Below, piece after piece: positions 9,722-19,904 of a stretch of DNA of 60,325 bases (its first letter is position 1; the number at the start of each line of letters is the position of its first letter). The position numbers and the translations under genes are program-made. The stretch comes from Acidimicrobiia bacterium (GTDB lineage: Bacteria; Actinomycetota; Acidimicrobiia; Spongiisociales; JAHEDJ01): the NCBI GenBank assembly GCA_029210695.1, contig JARGFH010000021.1, positions 1-60,325 on the forward strand. The letters run 5' to 3'. Below the pieces are notes generated by a model. That model was not told the DNA's origin and searched no databases. It worked only from the letters and a program-made list of their open reading frames with translations.

Positions 9722-11584
9722 CTACCCACCTACGGCCGTGCTGGTCGTCGGTATGGTCGTAGTGGTCGGGGGTGCAAGCGTGGTCGTCGTCTCCGGCAGT
9801 GGGCAATCCTCGCCGGTATGGCCGGGGGCACCAGGCGGGATCGTGCATGAATGCACCTGAATCTCCCACGGTTGGGCTTTGTATCGTACGACCCAGGTTT
9901 GTTCGCGGACGGTTCCGTCGCGCTCGGTGATGATCCGGGTCACGGTGACCGACCAACCGGCCCGTCCCTCAACGTTGACCTTCTGCTCGCCGGGTTCCAG
10001 TGCGTCGTTGGCGATGTAGTCGGTCGTGGGTTCGGTGAAGTTGTAGCGGTCGGAGACCTCGCCTTCGACGGTGCGGCCGCCGTTGTCCCCGAAGAACTTC
10101 ACCGTGATGCTGGTGTCGTCGTACTCGGTCTTGATCAGCACGGCGGCGTCGGTATCGTTGCGGAACTCCAGATTGGGGAGAGGCCACGAGATGGTGGCCT
10201 CGATACCTTCGGGGTAGCGCGAGAAGTAATAGCTGTGAGGAGTGTGGGTTACATCCTCGTATCCGCCCCAGAAGACTGCGTTGTAGAACGTCGTAGCGAA
10301 CTGGCTGACTCCGCCACCCACCGTGTCGACGATCTTTCCGCGAATAATGGTCGGGGCGGGCTCGAATCCCAGCTCCGAGGTACGCTCGCCGACGAGTTCG
10401 TTGAGGGAGAGCGACTCGCCCGGTAGGACGATGGTCCCGAAGACGATGTCGGCGAACAGGTGGATGTTGGCGACACGTGGCTGGCAGCAGGGGTGGCTGG
10501 TGGTTGCTTCGGACACGAGGCCCTTGACACCCATCGCCTCGAGCTCTTCTGTGGTCACCTCAGGGTCGGCCCCATCCTCGAATGGGAGTTCGCCGGCGCG
10601 GCTGACCGTGAGCGAAGCCGTTTCCAATGCTGCGGCGGCGAGTTCTGGGTCGATGATCGTGCCCGGCCGGCCCGGGACGATGGAGACGCGGTCATCGTCG
10701 CCGAACTCGAACCTCGCATCAACCGGAGGAACTTCGAGTTCGGTCCGGAGAGGTTCGAGAACGGAGGAAACCACCTCGCTCGAGAACCCGAGTACGAGAA
10801 CGGGCTGCGGTTCGAGCACCAATTCGCTTTCGAATGCTTCTGTCAGGTCGGCAGTCGTGAAGACGACCTGGGCGACCGGATCATCCCTGGACAACGTGAC
10901 GGGCCCGGCCAGCATTCGGGTGGCAGAGGCGACGGCGGCGTCTATGTGCGTGTTGGTGAGTGGAGGCGCAACGGATCGGGTCGGGAGCGCTTGCGGAGTA
11001 CGTGTAGTCGATAGCAGCGAATCCAGAATCACTCCGGCGGACGCCGCTCGATCGATCTCGGTTCCGGGAGTGGGATAGCTGGCGACCGCTGTTCCATCGA
11101 CCAGAGTCACGTCACCGGGGAAAGGATGATCGGTGATCAGGGCCTTGCTCCACTCGGCAAGTATCAGGTCGAGAGCGTCAGCGTCCAACGTCGCGTCGAT
11201 GGACAGGTCTTCGGTCGAGAGCAAATGACGGGTCCACCAGCCGAACTGACTTGCGATCGAGCCTTGGCGACCGGTTTGGAACGCACGGTCGAACGCGGAT
11301 GTTTCATTCAGGTTGAATCCCGCAGAGATAGGGTCGAGGTCGATCGCAACTCCGGCAACGGTGAAGGGTGCCGGAGTCTCAGCCAGGCTGTCTTCGAAGC
11401 TCAGCAGGGCGGCGATGGCCGCTTCTTCGTTGAGCCCGGATAGATCGACGCCGGCCACTTCGACGTTGCGAAGGACCTCACCGGAATGAACGAATCGATC
11501 GAGCCCGAAGGCGGCCGCGACTAGCAGCAGAAGCCCGGCCGCGACAAGGGCGGCGACAATCAGTGTGCGGCGGGGTTTGGACAT
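9722..11584 (-). CDS. VanW-family protein with peptidoglycan-binding repeats and G5-like tail
   Basis: N-terminal TM; GGGVSQFATTFYNA, HSYYFSRYPEGIEAT, FRND motifs. Confidence 0.9.
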   Translation of the reverse strand: MSKPRRTLIVAALVAAGLLLLVAAAFGLDRFVHSGEVLRNVEVAGVDLSGLNEEAAIAALLSFEDSLAETPAPFTVAGVAIDLDPISAGFNLNETSAFDRAFQTGRQGSIASQFGWWTRHLLSTEDLSIDATLDADALDLILAEWSKALITDHPFPGDVTLVDGTAVASYPTPGTEIDRAASAGVILDSLLSTTRTPQALPTRSVAPPLTNTHIDAAVASATRMLAGPVTLSRDDPVAQVVFTTADLTEAFESELVLEPQPVLVLGFSSEVVSSVLEPLRTELEVPPVDARFEFGDDDRVSIVPGRPGTIIDPELAAAALETASLTVSRAGELPFEDGADPEVTTEELEAMGVKGLVSEATTSHPCCQPRVANIHLFADIVFGTIVLPGESLSLNELVGERTSELGFEPAPTIIRGKIVDTVGGGVSQFATTFYNAVFWGGYEDVTHTPHSYYFSRYPEGIEATISWPLPNLEFRNDTDAAVLIKTEYDDTSITVKFFGDNGGRTVEGEVSDRYNFTEPTTDYIANDALEPGEQKVNVEGRAGWSVTVTRIITERDGTVREQTWVVRYKAQPWEIQVHSCTIPPGAPGHTGEDCPLPETTTTLAPPTTTTIPTTSTAVGG

Positions 11585-11658
11585 GACAGGATATCCCTCA
11601 GGAGCCTTTCATTGTAGTTGCATCGAATTCGTCCTCTGTCGTAGATACCATCGCACCT

Positions 11659-12429
11659 GTGATCAAATTCCCTGAGGTCCGGTCTGGTGACGACATCCGG
11701 GTGAGCGCTACTTCGTTCGTTGCATACAGCGAGTGTCCGGAACGCGCCGCTGCCCACTTTCGGGGCATCTATGGGCCGGACAGCAAAGCCTCGTTCAGCG
11801 GCGGACTCGCTCACCGGCTCTTCGCCCGGCATCTCCAGCAGGGGGAAATCCAACCCGCTCGGTTCGAGCAGGTTTGTCGCGAAGAGATCGGATCGTCGAA
11901 TCTCAACTACAAGCTGTCTTCGGTCGGTTTGAAGCCGAGTTCGCTCGGCAGGGTCATCGAAGAGGTCGGGCTGCTGTACGAGAGATTCAAACGACTTCCC
12001 GGCGAAGGCTTCGAAGCCGCCGAGGTTTCTTTCGACATCGAACCCACCCGGGGGGTGAACCTGGTGGGGCGAGTCGATGCGGTGTTCGGTGATGAATCGG
12101 GCCCCAGGTTGGTCGACTGGAAGACGGGTGCCCTAGGCGAGGTCGTGTTGCAGCTCGGCTTCTATGCGATGTTATGGGCGATGGACCGGGGGGAGCTGCC
12201 GGGCCGCCTCGAGGCCGTCTCGGTGGCGACGGGAGAGCGTTACTTCGAGGTACCGGCCTTGCGGGATGTGCAGAACACGGCCGAGCAGGCCGCGGCCATG
12301 ATCAACGCATTGCGCGAGGCGTGGGAAACCGGCACGGGGATGGAGCGGCGTGGTGGTCCATGGTGCCGCTTCTGCCCTGTGCTCGATGGATGTCAAGAGG
12401 GCGCGGCGGCCGTTCGAGTTGCGGAGTGA
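11659..12429 (+). CDS. PD-(D/E)XK nuclease, RecB/AddB/Cas4-like, with putative Fe-S staple
   Basis: YSECP, GRVD, DWKTG, QLGFY and C-terminal CRFCPVLDGC. Confidence 0.85.
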   Translation: MIKFPEVRSGDDIRVSATSFVAYSECPERAAAHFRGIYGPDSKASFSGGLAHRLFARHLQQGEIQPARFEQVCREEIGSSNLNYKLSSVGLKPSSLGRVIEEVGLLYERFKRLPGEGFEAAEVSFDIEPTRGVNLVGRVDAVFGDESGPRLVDWKTGALGEVVLQLGFYAMLWAMDRGELPGRLEAVSVATGERYFEVPALRDVQNTAEQAAAMINALREAWETGTGMERRGGPWCRFCPVLDGCQEGAAAVRVAE

Positions 12430-12492
12430 GCTCTATGCGCTCGAAGTCACTGCGCGATGGGGATGGCGGACGACCGGGCGTACTCCCGTTCT

Positions 12493-13086
12493 CTAGTCGT
12501 CGTAGTCCTCGTCCACCGTGGGGTGCACATCGCCATCCCTGCAGGTCGCCTTGATCTCGAATTTGTGGTCGTCCTGATCTTCGAAGGTCACGCGTACCTC
12601 TTGCGGCCCTTCGGATCGGACTTTCTGCTGAAACCCCGAACTGGCGTACGCAGCCAGGAAAGCAACCTCGTCGTCGGCACATGAGACCTTGACGGTTCCT
12701 CCTCCCGACGAGATGAGGTAGGTGCTCGCCGCAATCGTGGTGGTCGTCGTCGAGGTGCTTGTCGACGGAGCGGAGGTCACGACGGTCGTTGCCTCGACGA
12801 TCGTGGTGGTCGTTGTGCTGCCATCTCCGCCGTCCTCCGTCGTCGAGCCCGCCGCGGGTGACGGGGGTGGTGCATCGACCCGGTCTTCGACGTCACCGGG
12901 GACGGTAACGGTCGGTGGAATCGGAGGCAGATCTTCAACGCGCATGGTGGTCGAAGTCACCGCGACTGCGGCCAGCAAGGGGAGTTGCTCGGTAACCTGC
13001 GTTTGGACGAGGCCGACGGCCTGATAGGCGAGAGCGACGGCAACTGCGGTGGCGAGCACCCAGGCCGTGAACAATCGTGACTTCAT
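12493..13086 (-). CDS. secreted or membrane-anchored Thr/Pro-rich protein divergent from the two-component system
   Basis: N-terminal hydrophobic helix, low-complexity linker, C-terminal GGTVKVSC...C domain. Confidence 0.75.
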   Translation of the reverse strand: MKSRLFTAWVLATAVAVALAYQAVGLVQTQVTEQLPLLAAVAVTSTTMRVEDLPPIPPTVTVPGDVEDRVDAPPPSPAAGSTTEDGGDGSTTTTTIVEATTVVTSAPSTSTSTTTTTIAASTYLISSGGGTVKVSCADDEVAFLAAYASSGFQQKVRSEGPQEVRVTFEDQDDHKFEIKATCRDGDVHPTVDEDYDD

Positions 13087-13195
13087 CCCTGTATCTTCCC
13101 ATCCGTGAAGGCGCAGTGGACTAACGGAAGGTTAAGGATTGGCAAAACACCCTGCTGGCCGTGGGGATGGCTGGTTTGCTGGGTAGGGTGACGGC

Positions 13196-13876
13196 GTGCC
13201 ATCCATACTCCTGATTGAAGACGATGTTCGGATCCGGCAATCATTAGCTCGCGCCCTGGCCGGACGCGGTCACGACGTCGATAGCGTGGCTTCCGGCCTC
13301 GAAGGGCTCGAGCATGTGATCGCGCATTCGCCGGATGCTGTGATCCTCGATCTAGGGCTTCCCGACCTCGATGGCGTTGAAGTGCTCAAAATGATCAGAG
13401 CTGTTTCGGAAGTCCCGGTCATCGTCGCCACCGCCCGGGACGACGAGTCAGAGATTGTCAACGTGCTGGATCATGGAGCCGACGACTATGTGGTCAAACC
13501 TTTCTCCGGTGAACAGATTGACGCCCGGCTGAGGGCAGTCCTGCGACGGGTCGAGGCGGGTGCCGGTAGTGCAATCCTCGAGGTAGGTGGGTTGACCATC
13601 GATGGCCGGGCACGCGAAGTGACGCTCAATGGTGAACGCCTGGACCTGACCCGCAAGGAATTCGATCTCCTCGCCTACCTGGCGGAGCACGCCGGCGATG
13701 TGATCTCGAAACGCGAACTGCTGGCAGAGGTCTGGCGGCAGCCATATGGGGGTGCGGATAAGACCGTCGACGTGCACCTCTCGTGGTTGCGCAAGAAACT
13801 CGGCGAGTCCGCCGCAGAAGCCCGCTATCTGCACACGGTACGGGGCGTCGGAGTCAAGCTCGTCGTCCCGGACTGA
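13196..13876 (+). CDS. OmpR-family response regulator
   Basis: LIEDD, LDLGLPD, GADDYVVKPF, winged-helix TVRGVG. Confidence 0.96.
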   Translation: MPSILLIEDDVRIRQSLARALAGRGHDVDSVASGLEGLEHVIAHSPDAVILDLGLPDLDGVEVLKMIRAVSEVPVIVATARDDESEIVNVLDHGADDYVVKPFSGEQIDARLRAVLRRVEAGAGSAILEVGGLTIDGRAREVTLNGERLDLTRKEFDLLAYLAEHAGDVISKRELLAEVWRQPYGGADKTVDVHLSWLRKKLGESAAEARYLHTVRGVGVKLVVPD

Positions 13877-15153
13877 TGCGCAGACGCCTCGTTCTGGTTT
13901 CAGCAGCCATCACATCAATGGTGGCGCTGGCCTTCCTCATTCCGCTCACCGGCCTCGTCGGTCAGCTCGCCCACGATCGGGCCATCAATAACGCCGAGCG
14001 AGATGCCCAGTTCCTTGCCAGCGCCGTCGCTCTGCTGGTGCCGGGCGATCGCGCCGAGATCTATGGACTCGTCGGTTCTGAGCCCTCGTTCGACGGGCGC
14101 CTCACATCGGTCATCTTTCCAGACGATTCGGTTGCCGGTGCTTCAGTTGAACTGGACCCCCTCGTTGAGTCGGCTCGCGATTTGGGTCGAACTGCCAGGT
14201 TCAAGGTCGAGGCGGGAGAAGTGCTCTTCATCCCGGTCAGTGAGGGCGGGGGCCGGACGACGCTGGTCCGCGTCTTCGTGCCCGAGGCGCTCCTGACCTC
14301 CAACGTTGCGTCGGCTCGTCTCATTCTGTTGTTGCTGGGCGTTGCTCTCGTTGGCATTGCCGTGGTCGTTGCGGATCGACTCGCCCGGTCGATCACAGAA
14401 CCGGTACTGGAACTGGCAGATGGGGCGCATCGACTGGCAGAGGGCGACCTGCGTACACAGGTGGATCCGTCGGGCCCGCGCGAGGTTCAGGAAGTGGGGA
14501 GAGCGTTCAACCGCCTTGCAGGTCGGATCGGTCGACTCCTGGCGGTCGAGCGCGAGTCGGTCGCCGACCTCTCCCACCGGCTGCGGACGCCGCTCACCGC
14601 TCTCCGGCTCGACATCGATGCCGTCGAGGACGAGCTGGTGGGGCAGCGCCTCCGTGAGGATTTCGACGATCTCGAACGCAAGGTGGATCACCTGATCCGG
14701 GAGGCTCGTCGCCCGATGCGCCAGGGGGCTGGTGTGATCTCGGATCTGGTGGCGGTCGTCGCAGATCGGGTCCGGTTCTGGGGAGCGCTGGCCGACGAGC
14801 AGGCCCGGCAGTGGTCCCTGACGTTGCCGGAGGGCGAGCGGATGGTGGCGGGTTCGGCAGTCGATTTCGGGGCGGCCATCGATGCGCTGCTGGCCAATGT
14901 GTTTGCACACACCGACGATGGCGTCGGGTTCGAGGTCGAGGTGATCGACGGTCCGGGTCGGATCCATCTCACCGTCGCCGACGAAGGGCCCGGCTTTGGC
15001 GAGGAAGCTATTGAACGAGGCTGGTCCGGGGCCGATTCAACCGGTCTCGGTCTCGACATCGCGCGGCGCACGGTCGAGGAAGCCGGCGGCACCATGTCGA
15101 TCCGATCCGGCGAAGGCGGTGTAATCCTGGTTGAACTGCCGCTGGCCGAGTGA
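13876..15153 (+). CDS. HAMP-domain sensor histidine kinase
   Basis: Two TM segments, HAMP, H-box DLSHRLRTPL, N box, DEGPG, GLGL; TGATG coupling to the regulator. Confidence 0.94.
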   Translation: MRRRLVLVSAAITSMVALAFLIPLTGLVGQLAHDRAINNAERDAQFLASAVALLVPGDRAEIYGLVGSEPSFDGRLTSVIFPDDSVAGASVELDPLVESARDLGRTARFKVEAGEVLFIPVSEGGGRTTLVRVFVPEALLTSNVASARLILLLLGVALVGIAVVVADRLARSITEPVLELADGAHRLAEGDLRTQVDPSGPREVQEVGRAFNRLAGRIGRLLAVERESVADLSHRLRTPLTALRLDIDAVEDELVGQRLREDFDDLERKVDHLIREARRPMRQGAGVISDLVAVVADRVRFWGALADEQARQWSLTLPEGERMVAGSAVDFGAAIDALLANVFAHTDDGVGFEVEVIDGPGRIHLTVADEGPGFGEEAIERGWSGADSTGLGLDIARRTVEEAGGTMSIRSGEGGVILVELPLAE

Positions 15154-15168
15154 GTGGGTCGGGACGCT

Positions 15169-16422
15169 CTATCCGGCCGCCGGGCGCAGTCGCACCACAT
15201 CCGCCGGTTCGGTGATCCTCGTCACTTCGCGATCGAGATCGGTGACCACCGCCAGGAGCTCAGTCCGCAGTTGCTCGAGGGTTCCTCGTACATTCTCCAC
15301 CGAGGTGGTGATGTCGGTCAGCGAACGACGGCTCCCAGACAACAACTGGGCGAGTTGCCGAATACGCTGGAGTCGGTCCTCGAACAACGCATGGTCGAGT
15401 TCTCCACGGGTCTGGCGTTCGGCAGCCATGGCCGCGATCGCCCACCGAACCGCCACTGCAGTCATGGCGCCGTCGCCGGGCTCGACAACCAGCAGCCGGT
15501 GCCCGTAGACGCCAATCGGTCCCACCTCTTTGGGGAACGCTTCTCTAGCGGAAATACAGATGGAGTAGTCGGCGGCCCGGTTGACGATCGCCCGGTCCAG
15601 TTCATCCAGAATGCCGTCCTTGCCTGCCAGATTGATGCGTGCCGCATTCTTGGCCTCAACAACAATGCGGGCACCATCTGAGAGGGTGATCACGAAATCC
15701 CCGACCATGGCATCTGCGCTGAGCTCGCCGGGTGTCCTGCCCGTCCGCTCAACAACACAACCGCCGGGTCCGGCGACCGCGGCGCGCAGCCACTCCTGCA
15801 CCGAGTCCTCGAAGTCGAATCCTTTCTGTGTACCGCTCTCCGCCTCTTCCTCCCTGCCTCGCTGATGCATCACCGCATCGCGCAGTTCGGTGAGTCGCAG
15901 CTCGATTGATTTGCCAAACTGCGCAAAGGCGGAGTTGTCGGCGGTCGGGTCGAGGGCCTCTTCCAGCCGCTGCTGAAGTTCGCCGGTTGGTCCGACCAGT
16001 GCAGCGAGTTCGGCGAGAAAACGGGCGGTGTCGCTGTCGGCATGGGCCGGATCCATGCGCAGCAGGAAGGAGTCGCGCCAGGCCGTGAACTCGGCGAGCG
16101 TCCTGGCAACTGTGGAGCTGCGGTGTTCCGGTGATAGCTGTGTTTCGAATGCCGTTCGGGCGTTGGTCAGAACCACCTCGACCTCGCGACGTGCTTCTGC
16201 TGTTGCCTCGATGATGGATCGACGCACCCGGTCGTCGACTTCCGCCAGGTCTATTCCCAGTCCCATCGAGACGAGCCCGCGGGCCCCGACGATCAGTGCC
16301 CTGAGCAGCACGTCTTCTCGTCGATCCTCCGGTTGGGCGCTGAGCAATTGGGCCAATCCCGGGTCCTCGACTTCGAGTTCCTCGATGATCACCGTGTTGC
16401 CGTCGACTCGAATCTGCGCCAT
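15169..16422 (-). CDS. coiled-coil protein with PD-(D/E)XK-like domain (RmuC/DUF2130-like)
   Basis: Helical N-terminus, KGFDFED...GDFVI...IVVEAKN, C-terminal coiled coil. Confidence 0.6.
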   Translation of the reverse strand: MAQIRVDGNTVIIEELEVEDPGLAQLLSAQPEDRREDVLLRALIVGARGLVSMGLGIDLAEVDDRVRRSIIEATAEARREVEVVLTNARTAFETQLSPEHRSSTVARTLAEFTAWRDSFLLRMDPAHADSDTARFLAELAALVGPTGELQQRLEEALDPTADNSAFAQFGKSIELRLTELRDAVMHQRGREEEAESGTQKGFDFEDSVQEWLRAAVAGPGGCVVERTGRTPGELSADAMVGDFVITLSDGARIVVEAKNAARINLAGKDGILDELDRAIVNRAADYSICISAREAFPKEVGPIGVYGHRLLVVEPGDGAMTAVAVRWAIAAMAAERQTRGELDHALFEDRLQRIRQLAQLLSGSRRSLTDITTSVENVRGTLEQLRTELLAVVTDLDREVTRITEPADVVRLRPAAG

Positions 16423-16484
16423 GAAACCAATGTATCCCGGGGGAGTGACAGAAACGGGCATTTGGGTGTGGGACAATCATCCGC

Positions 16485-18179
16485 ATGCCCACACCGGTCG
16501 CTCCCGTCGCCGACCTGCGCGCCGCCTTGCATGCACTTGCAGAGTTGGTCGATGGAGTGACGTTCCAACTCCCCGGAGCCGAGCGCTCATCGAGGAACGC
16601 TCTCCGCAAGGAGACAACGTGGAGTATCAACGAGTATCTCTTGCCGAGGCTCGGTGACCTCGGTGCACCGTTGGTCGCCGTCCTGATCGGATCGACCGGC
16701 AGCGGCAAATCCACGATTCTGAACAGCCTGGCGCAGAGTCGGGTGAGCATCCCGGGAGCGATTCGCCCGACCACGATGATGCCGGTTGTCTGGGCGCGAG
16801 ACGGACACGCCGATCGCTACCGGGAAGGTTTCCTCACTGGTTACGGGTCGGATGGGCAACCGATGCAAGTCCACACCGGTGCCGACCCCCTGCTCGCCGG
16901 TCTCACGGTGATCGATGCCCCCGACTTCGATTCGGTGGTCGACCGCCATCGGGAGATGGCGGATGATCTCCTCGCAGTAGCCGACGTCGTCGTCTTCGTT
17001 GCTTCGGCGCAGCGCTATGCGGACGCAGTGCCGTGGGAATTCCTGGACAAAGCACGATCGCGCTCGGTGCCGGTGTTGTTCGTCGCCAACCGCATCCCTT
17101 CTGGCTCCGGTGAGCTGATAACCGACTACCGGCGGCTCCTCCAGGACAAGGGGTTCGCACTGGATGAACGGTTTTTCGAGATTGCAGAGCAAACCGTCGA
17201 CCCGAGCAGCGGAGCACTTCCCCCGGCGACGGTGGCCGGGCTTCGGGCGCGTTTGGAGGGGATGGCGGCCTCGTCGGGCCGCACCGCAGTTCTCGAAGCG
17301 TCGATCCGCGGGGTGATTGCGGAACTGGTCGGGCGAACGGCCGCTTTGGAAGAAGCTCTCGTCGACGAAAAGCGGGACGCCGAGGCATTGCGGCGGATTG
17401 CGTCCGAAGCGTATGAACGCCAGGTCGTTGAGGTGTCCCGATCGCTCGCCTCCGGTGAATTGATTCGTCACGAGGTGGTCCAACGCTGGCAGGAGTTCGT
17501 TGGGACCGGCGAACTGGTCAAAGCGATCAGCGAGGGGATGTCGAGGGTGTCGGCCTGGGCCAGGCGTGTATTTGGTGGTACCCAGGCTGTTGCCAAAGTG
17601 CGCGGCGATGCCCGGCTCGAGCTACAGGATGTTCTGGTTCGGAGAGCCGATCTGGCCGCCACCGCCGCTGCCTCAGCGTGGGAACTGGACGATGCAGGTT
17701 CGGCTCTGCTCCACGGGCGATCGCTCTGGAGGCACGCGGACGAAACGGAGGAGCGAGCCGGTCGGGCGGTGGAGGATTGGCTGGTGAGCCTCTCGGAACT
17801 GATTGCCGAGGCAGGGGCCTCCAAGAAACGCACCGCACTGGTGGCCTCCTACGGGGTCAACAGCGTGGCAATCGTCTTGATCCTTGGAGTCTTCCTCCAG
17901 ACCGGAGGCCTGACGGGCGCAGAGGTGGGGGTAGCCGCCGGAGCGGCCGCTGCGCAGCAGAAGATTCTCGAGCACTTGTTCGGCTCGGCCGCGGCGCGCT
18001 CGTTGATCCAGACCGCCCGAACAGGAATCGAGGAGGCCGCCGCCGCGGTGCTCGAAGCGGACGGCGCCAGGTTCCTGGGACTCGTTGATTCCCACACCGG
18101 CACATTGGTGGAGTCGGGCGCTCCGACTGCCGCGCTCGAGCGGGTGACCGAGTTGATGGAGGCCTGGGATGGCGTATGA
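16485..18179 (+). CDS. dynamin-like GTPase A
   Basis: GSTGSGKS, RPTT, DAPDFD, NR; long helical stalk with a hydrophobic hairpin near the C-terminus. Confidence 0.85.
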   Translation: MPTPVAPVADLRAALHALAELVDGVTFQLPGAERSSRNALRKETTWSINEYLLPRLGDLGAPLVAVLIGSTGSGKSTILNSLAQSRVSIPGAIRPTTMMPVVWARDGHADRYREGFLTGYGSDGQPMQVHTGADPLLAGLTVIDAPDFDSVVDRHREMADDLLAVADVVVFVASAQRYADAVPWEFLDKARSRSVPVLFVANRIPSGSGELITDYRRLLQDKGFALDERFFEIAEQTVDPSSGALPPATVAGLRARLEGMAASSGRTAVLEASIRGVIAELVGRTAALEEALVDEKRDAEALRRIASEAYERQVVEVSRSLASGELIRHEVVQRWQEFVGTGELVKAISEGMSRVSAWARRVFGGTQAVAKVRGDARLELQDVLVRRADLAATAAASAWELDDAGSALLHGRSLWRHADETEERAGRAVEDWLVSLSELIAEAGASKKRTALVASYGVNSVAIVLILGVFLQTGGLTGAEVGVAAGAAAAQQKILEHLFGSAAARSLIQTARTGIEEAAAAVLEADGARFLGLVDSHTGTLVESGAPTAALERVTELMEAWDGV

Positions 18180-19770
18180 CGTTGAGGGCGCGCTCGACCT
18201 GATCGATCTGGCGCTCGGACGGGCGGCGGACATTGTCGATCCCAACATCCTGGACTCGCACGCAGAGATGGCCGGCGGTATTCGCCGGAGGCTCGGCTTC
18301 CTGGGGCGTTCGGTAGTCGTGGCGCTGGTTGGTGGCACCGGGTCGGGCAAGTCGAGCCTGCTCAATGCGCTGGCGGGAGAGGAAGTTGCTCCAACGGGAG
18401 TCCTTCGCCCGACCACAGAACGGCCGCTGGCATGGATACCTGCCAATCCCGAACCAGGCCTCGTCCGGTTGCTCGATGATCTCGGCGTTGATGAACGGGT
18501 CGGACACAGCACTTTCGGGGAGATCGCCATTCTGGACCTACCCGACACCGACAGTGTGGTGCAGTCGCACCGGCACATCGTCGAGTATCTGCTTCCCAAG
18601 GTGGACGCGGTCGTCTGGGTCCTCGATCCCGAGAAGTACAACGACCGGTTGCTGCATCGTGACTTCCTGCAACCGCTGAGTCGCTATGCGAGCCAGTTCA
18701 TTTTCGTTCTCAACCAGATCGACCGCCTGAGTCCAGTCGAGGAGAGTCAGGTCGTCGCGGACATCCGTCGGATTCTGATTGAAGATGGCTTCCCCGATGC
18801 TCAGCTGCTGGCGGTGGCTGCCGATCCAGACAAAGGGCCGCCCATCGGCATTGCCCGCCTGGATCGGGACTTGCACGGGAGATTCGAAGCGAAGCAGGTC
18901 GTCATGGGCAAAGTGATCGCCGACCTGCGCGAGGTGAGCGATGGGATCGCCACAGCTACCGGCATCCGGCCGGGCGAGGGGACGTCCTACGACGATCGCT
19001 GGGACGGCGCCGCCGGGCAGGTCGTCTCGACTCTGGTGGACTCAATGGGAGATTCTGAGCCGGCCGCCGCCTCGGCCGGGAGGCAGGCCGCCCTCCGAAA
19101 TGGTGGTGGACCGATCGCCGCATTCGTGTCCTGGTGGCGGTCGACGCGCTTCTCCCGTGTGGCGGGCATGACCGAACCAGCCGCGAAGGTACAACTCCGG
19201 ACCGGCGCCCATCTCACCCGGGCCGCGTCGATCGTCAGCGGCTTCGTTGGGGATCTGTCGTTCGAAACGGGCGGCTCGTTCGGCCGGGGCTTGCGGTCGG
19301 GCGCCGTGGCCGATGATCTCGAAGTCGAGATCGGCCGTGTTGTTGAGGCGAGTGCACTGGAGGTGGGTGGGTTCGAGATCACCACTTCCGCCCGTTGGTG
19401 GCGAGCGGCCGGAGCGGTTCAGTGGTTGCTGGCTGCCCTTCTGGTGGCCGGTGTGCTTTGGATGTGGACCGATCCGGCCTCCGTCGGGCCGGGCGGGGAT
19501 TCGCGGCCGCTGCTGATGGTGATCGGCTCGCTCGTGGCCGGCTTGCTTCTCCGTGCTCTGGTGACGGCCAGCGGCCGGAACGCAGGCCGGAAGTCGTTCG
19601 GGGACCACGTCGGAATGATGAGGACGTCGCTGCGCGCCGGCCTCGATCGGCGGGTAGGGGCTCCGCTCCGTGCACGGATGCGATCCCGGGCCGAGGTCGC
19701 CGGCGCCCTTGCTGAACTGGGTATCTTCACGGCCGCACTCGAACAGGACCTGGCGCGCCGGGACTCCTGA
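18169..19770 (+). CDS. dynamin-like GTPase B with two C-terminal TM helices
   Basis: GGTGSGKS, RPTT, DLPDTD, DPEKYND, NQID; overlaps the upstream gene. Confidence 0.85.
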   Translation: MAYDVEGALDLIDLALGRAADIVDPNILDSHAEMAGGIRRRLGFLGRSVVVALVGGTGSGKSSLLNALAGEEVAPTGVLRPTTERPLAWIPANPEPGLVRLLDDLGVDERVGHSTFGEIAILDLPDTDSVVQSHRHIVEYLLPKVDAVVWVLDPEKYNDRLLHRDFLQPLSRYASQFIFVLNQIDRLSPVEESQVVADIRRILIEDGFPDAQLLAVAADPDKGPPIGIARLDRDLHGRFEAKQVVMGKVIADLREVSDGIATATGIRPGEGTSYDDRWDGAAGQVVSTLVDSMGDSEPAAASAGRQAALRNGGGPIAAFVSWWRSTRFSRVAGMTEPAAKVQLRTGAHLTRAASIVSGFVGDLSFETGGSFGRGLRSGAVADDLEVEIGRVVEASALEVGGFEITTSARWWRAAGAVQWLLAALLVAGVLWMWTDPASVGPGGDSRPLLMVIGSLVAGLLLRALVTASGRNAGRKSFGDHVGMMRTSLRAGLDRRVGAPLRARMRSRAEVAGALAELGIFTAALEQDLARRDS

Positions 19771-19904
19771 GAGGCGGGTGGCTTCCAGTTCAATCTGGAG
19801 TTTCATACGTTTCGCTGCCGGCCCGGTGTGGGGGAGCCAACGGCAAAGGGGACATACGCCCACGGCTACACTCGCCTGACTCAGAATCCGAGTGTGGAGG
19901 CGCG

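Noticed and set aside
9722..11584. Vancomycin resistance cluster
   Set aside because: VanW-domain proteins are widespread; no vanHAX or vanRS context
11659..12429. CRISPR-Cas locus suggested by the Cas4-like nuclease
   Set aside because: No repeat-spacer array or other cas genes seen in the window
12720..12960. Thr/Pro codon repeats here and in the genes at 9722, 30146 and 40860
   Set aside because: Ordinary low-complexity linkers of secreted proteins, not DNA repeat arrays
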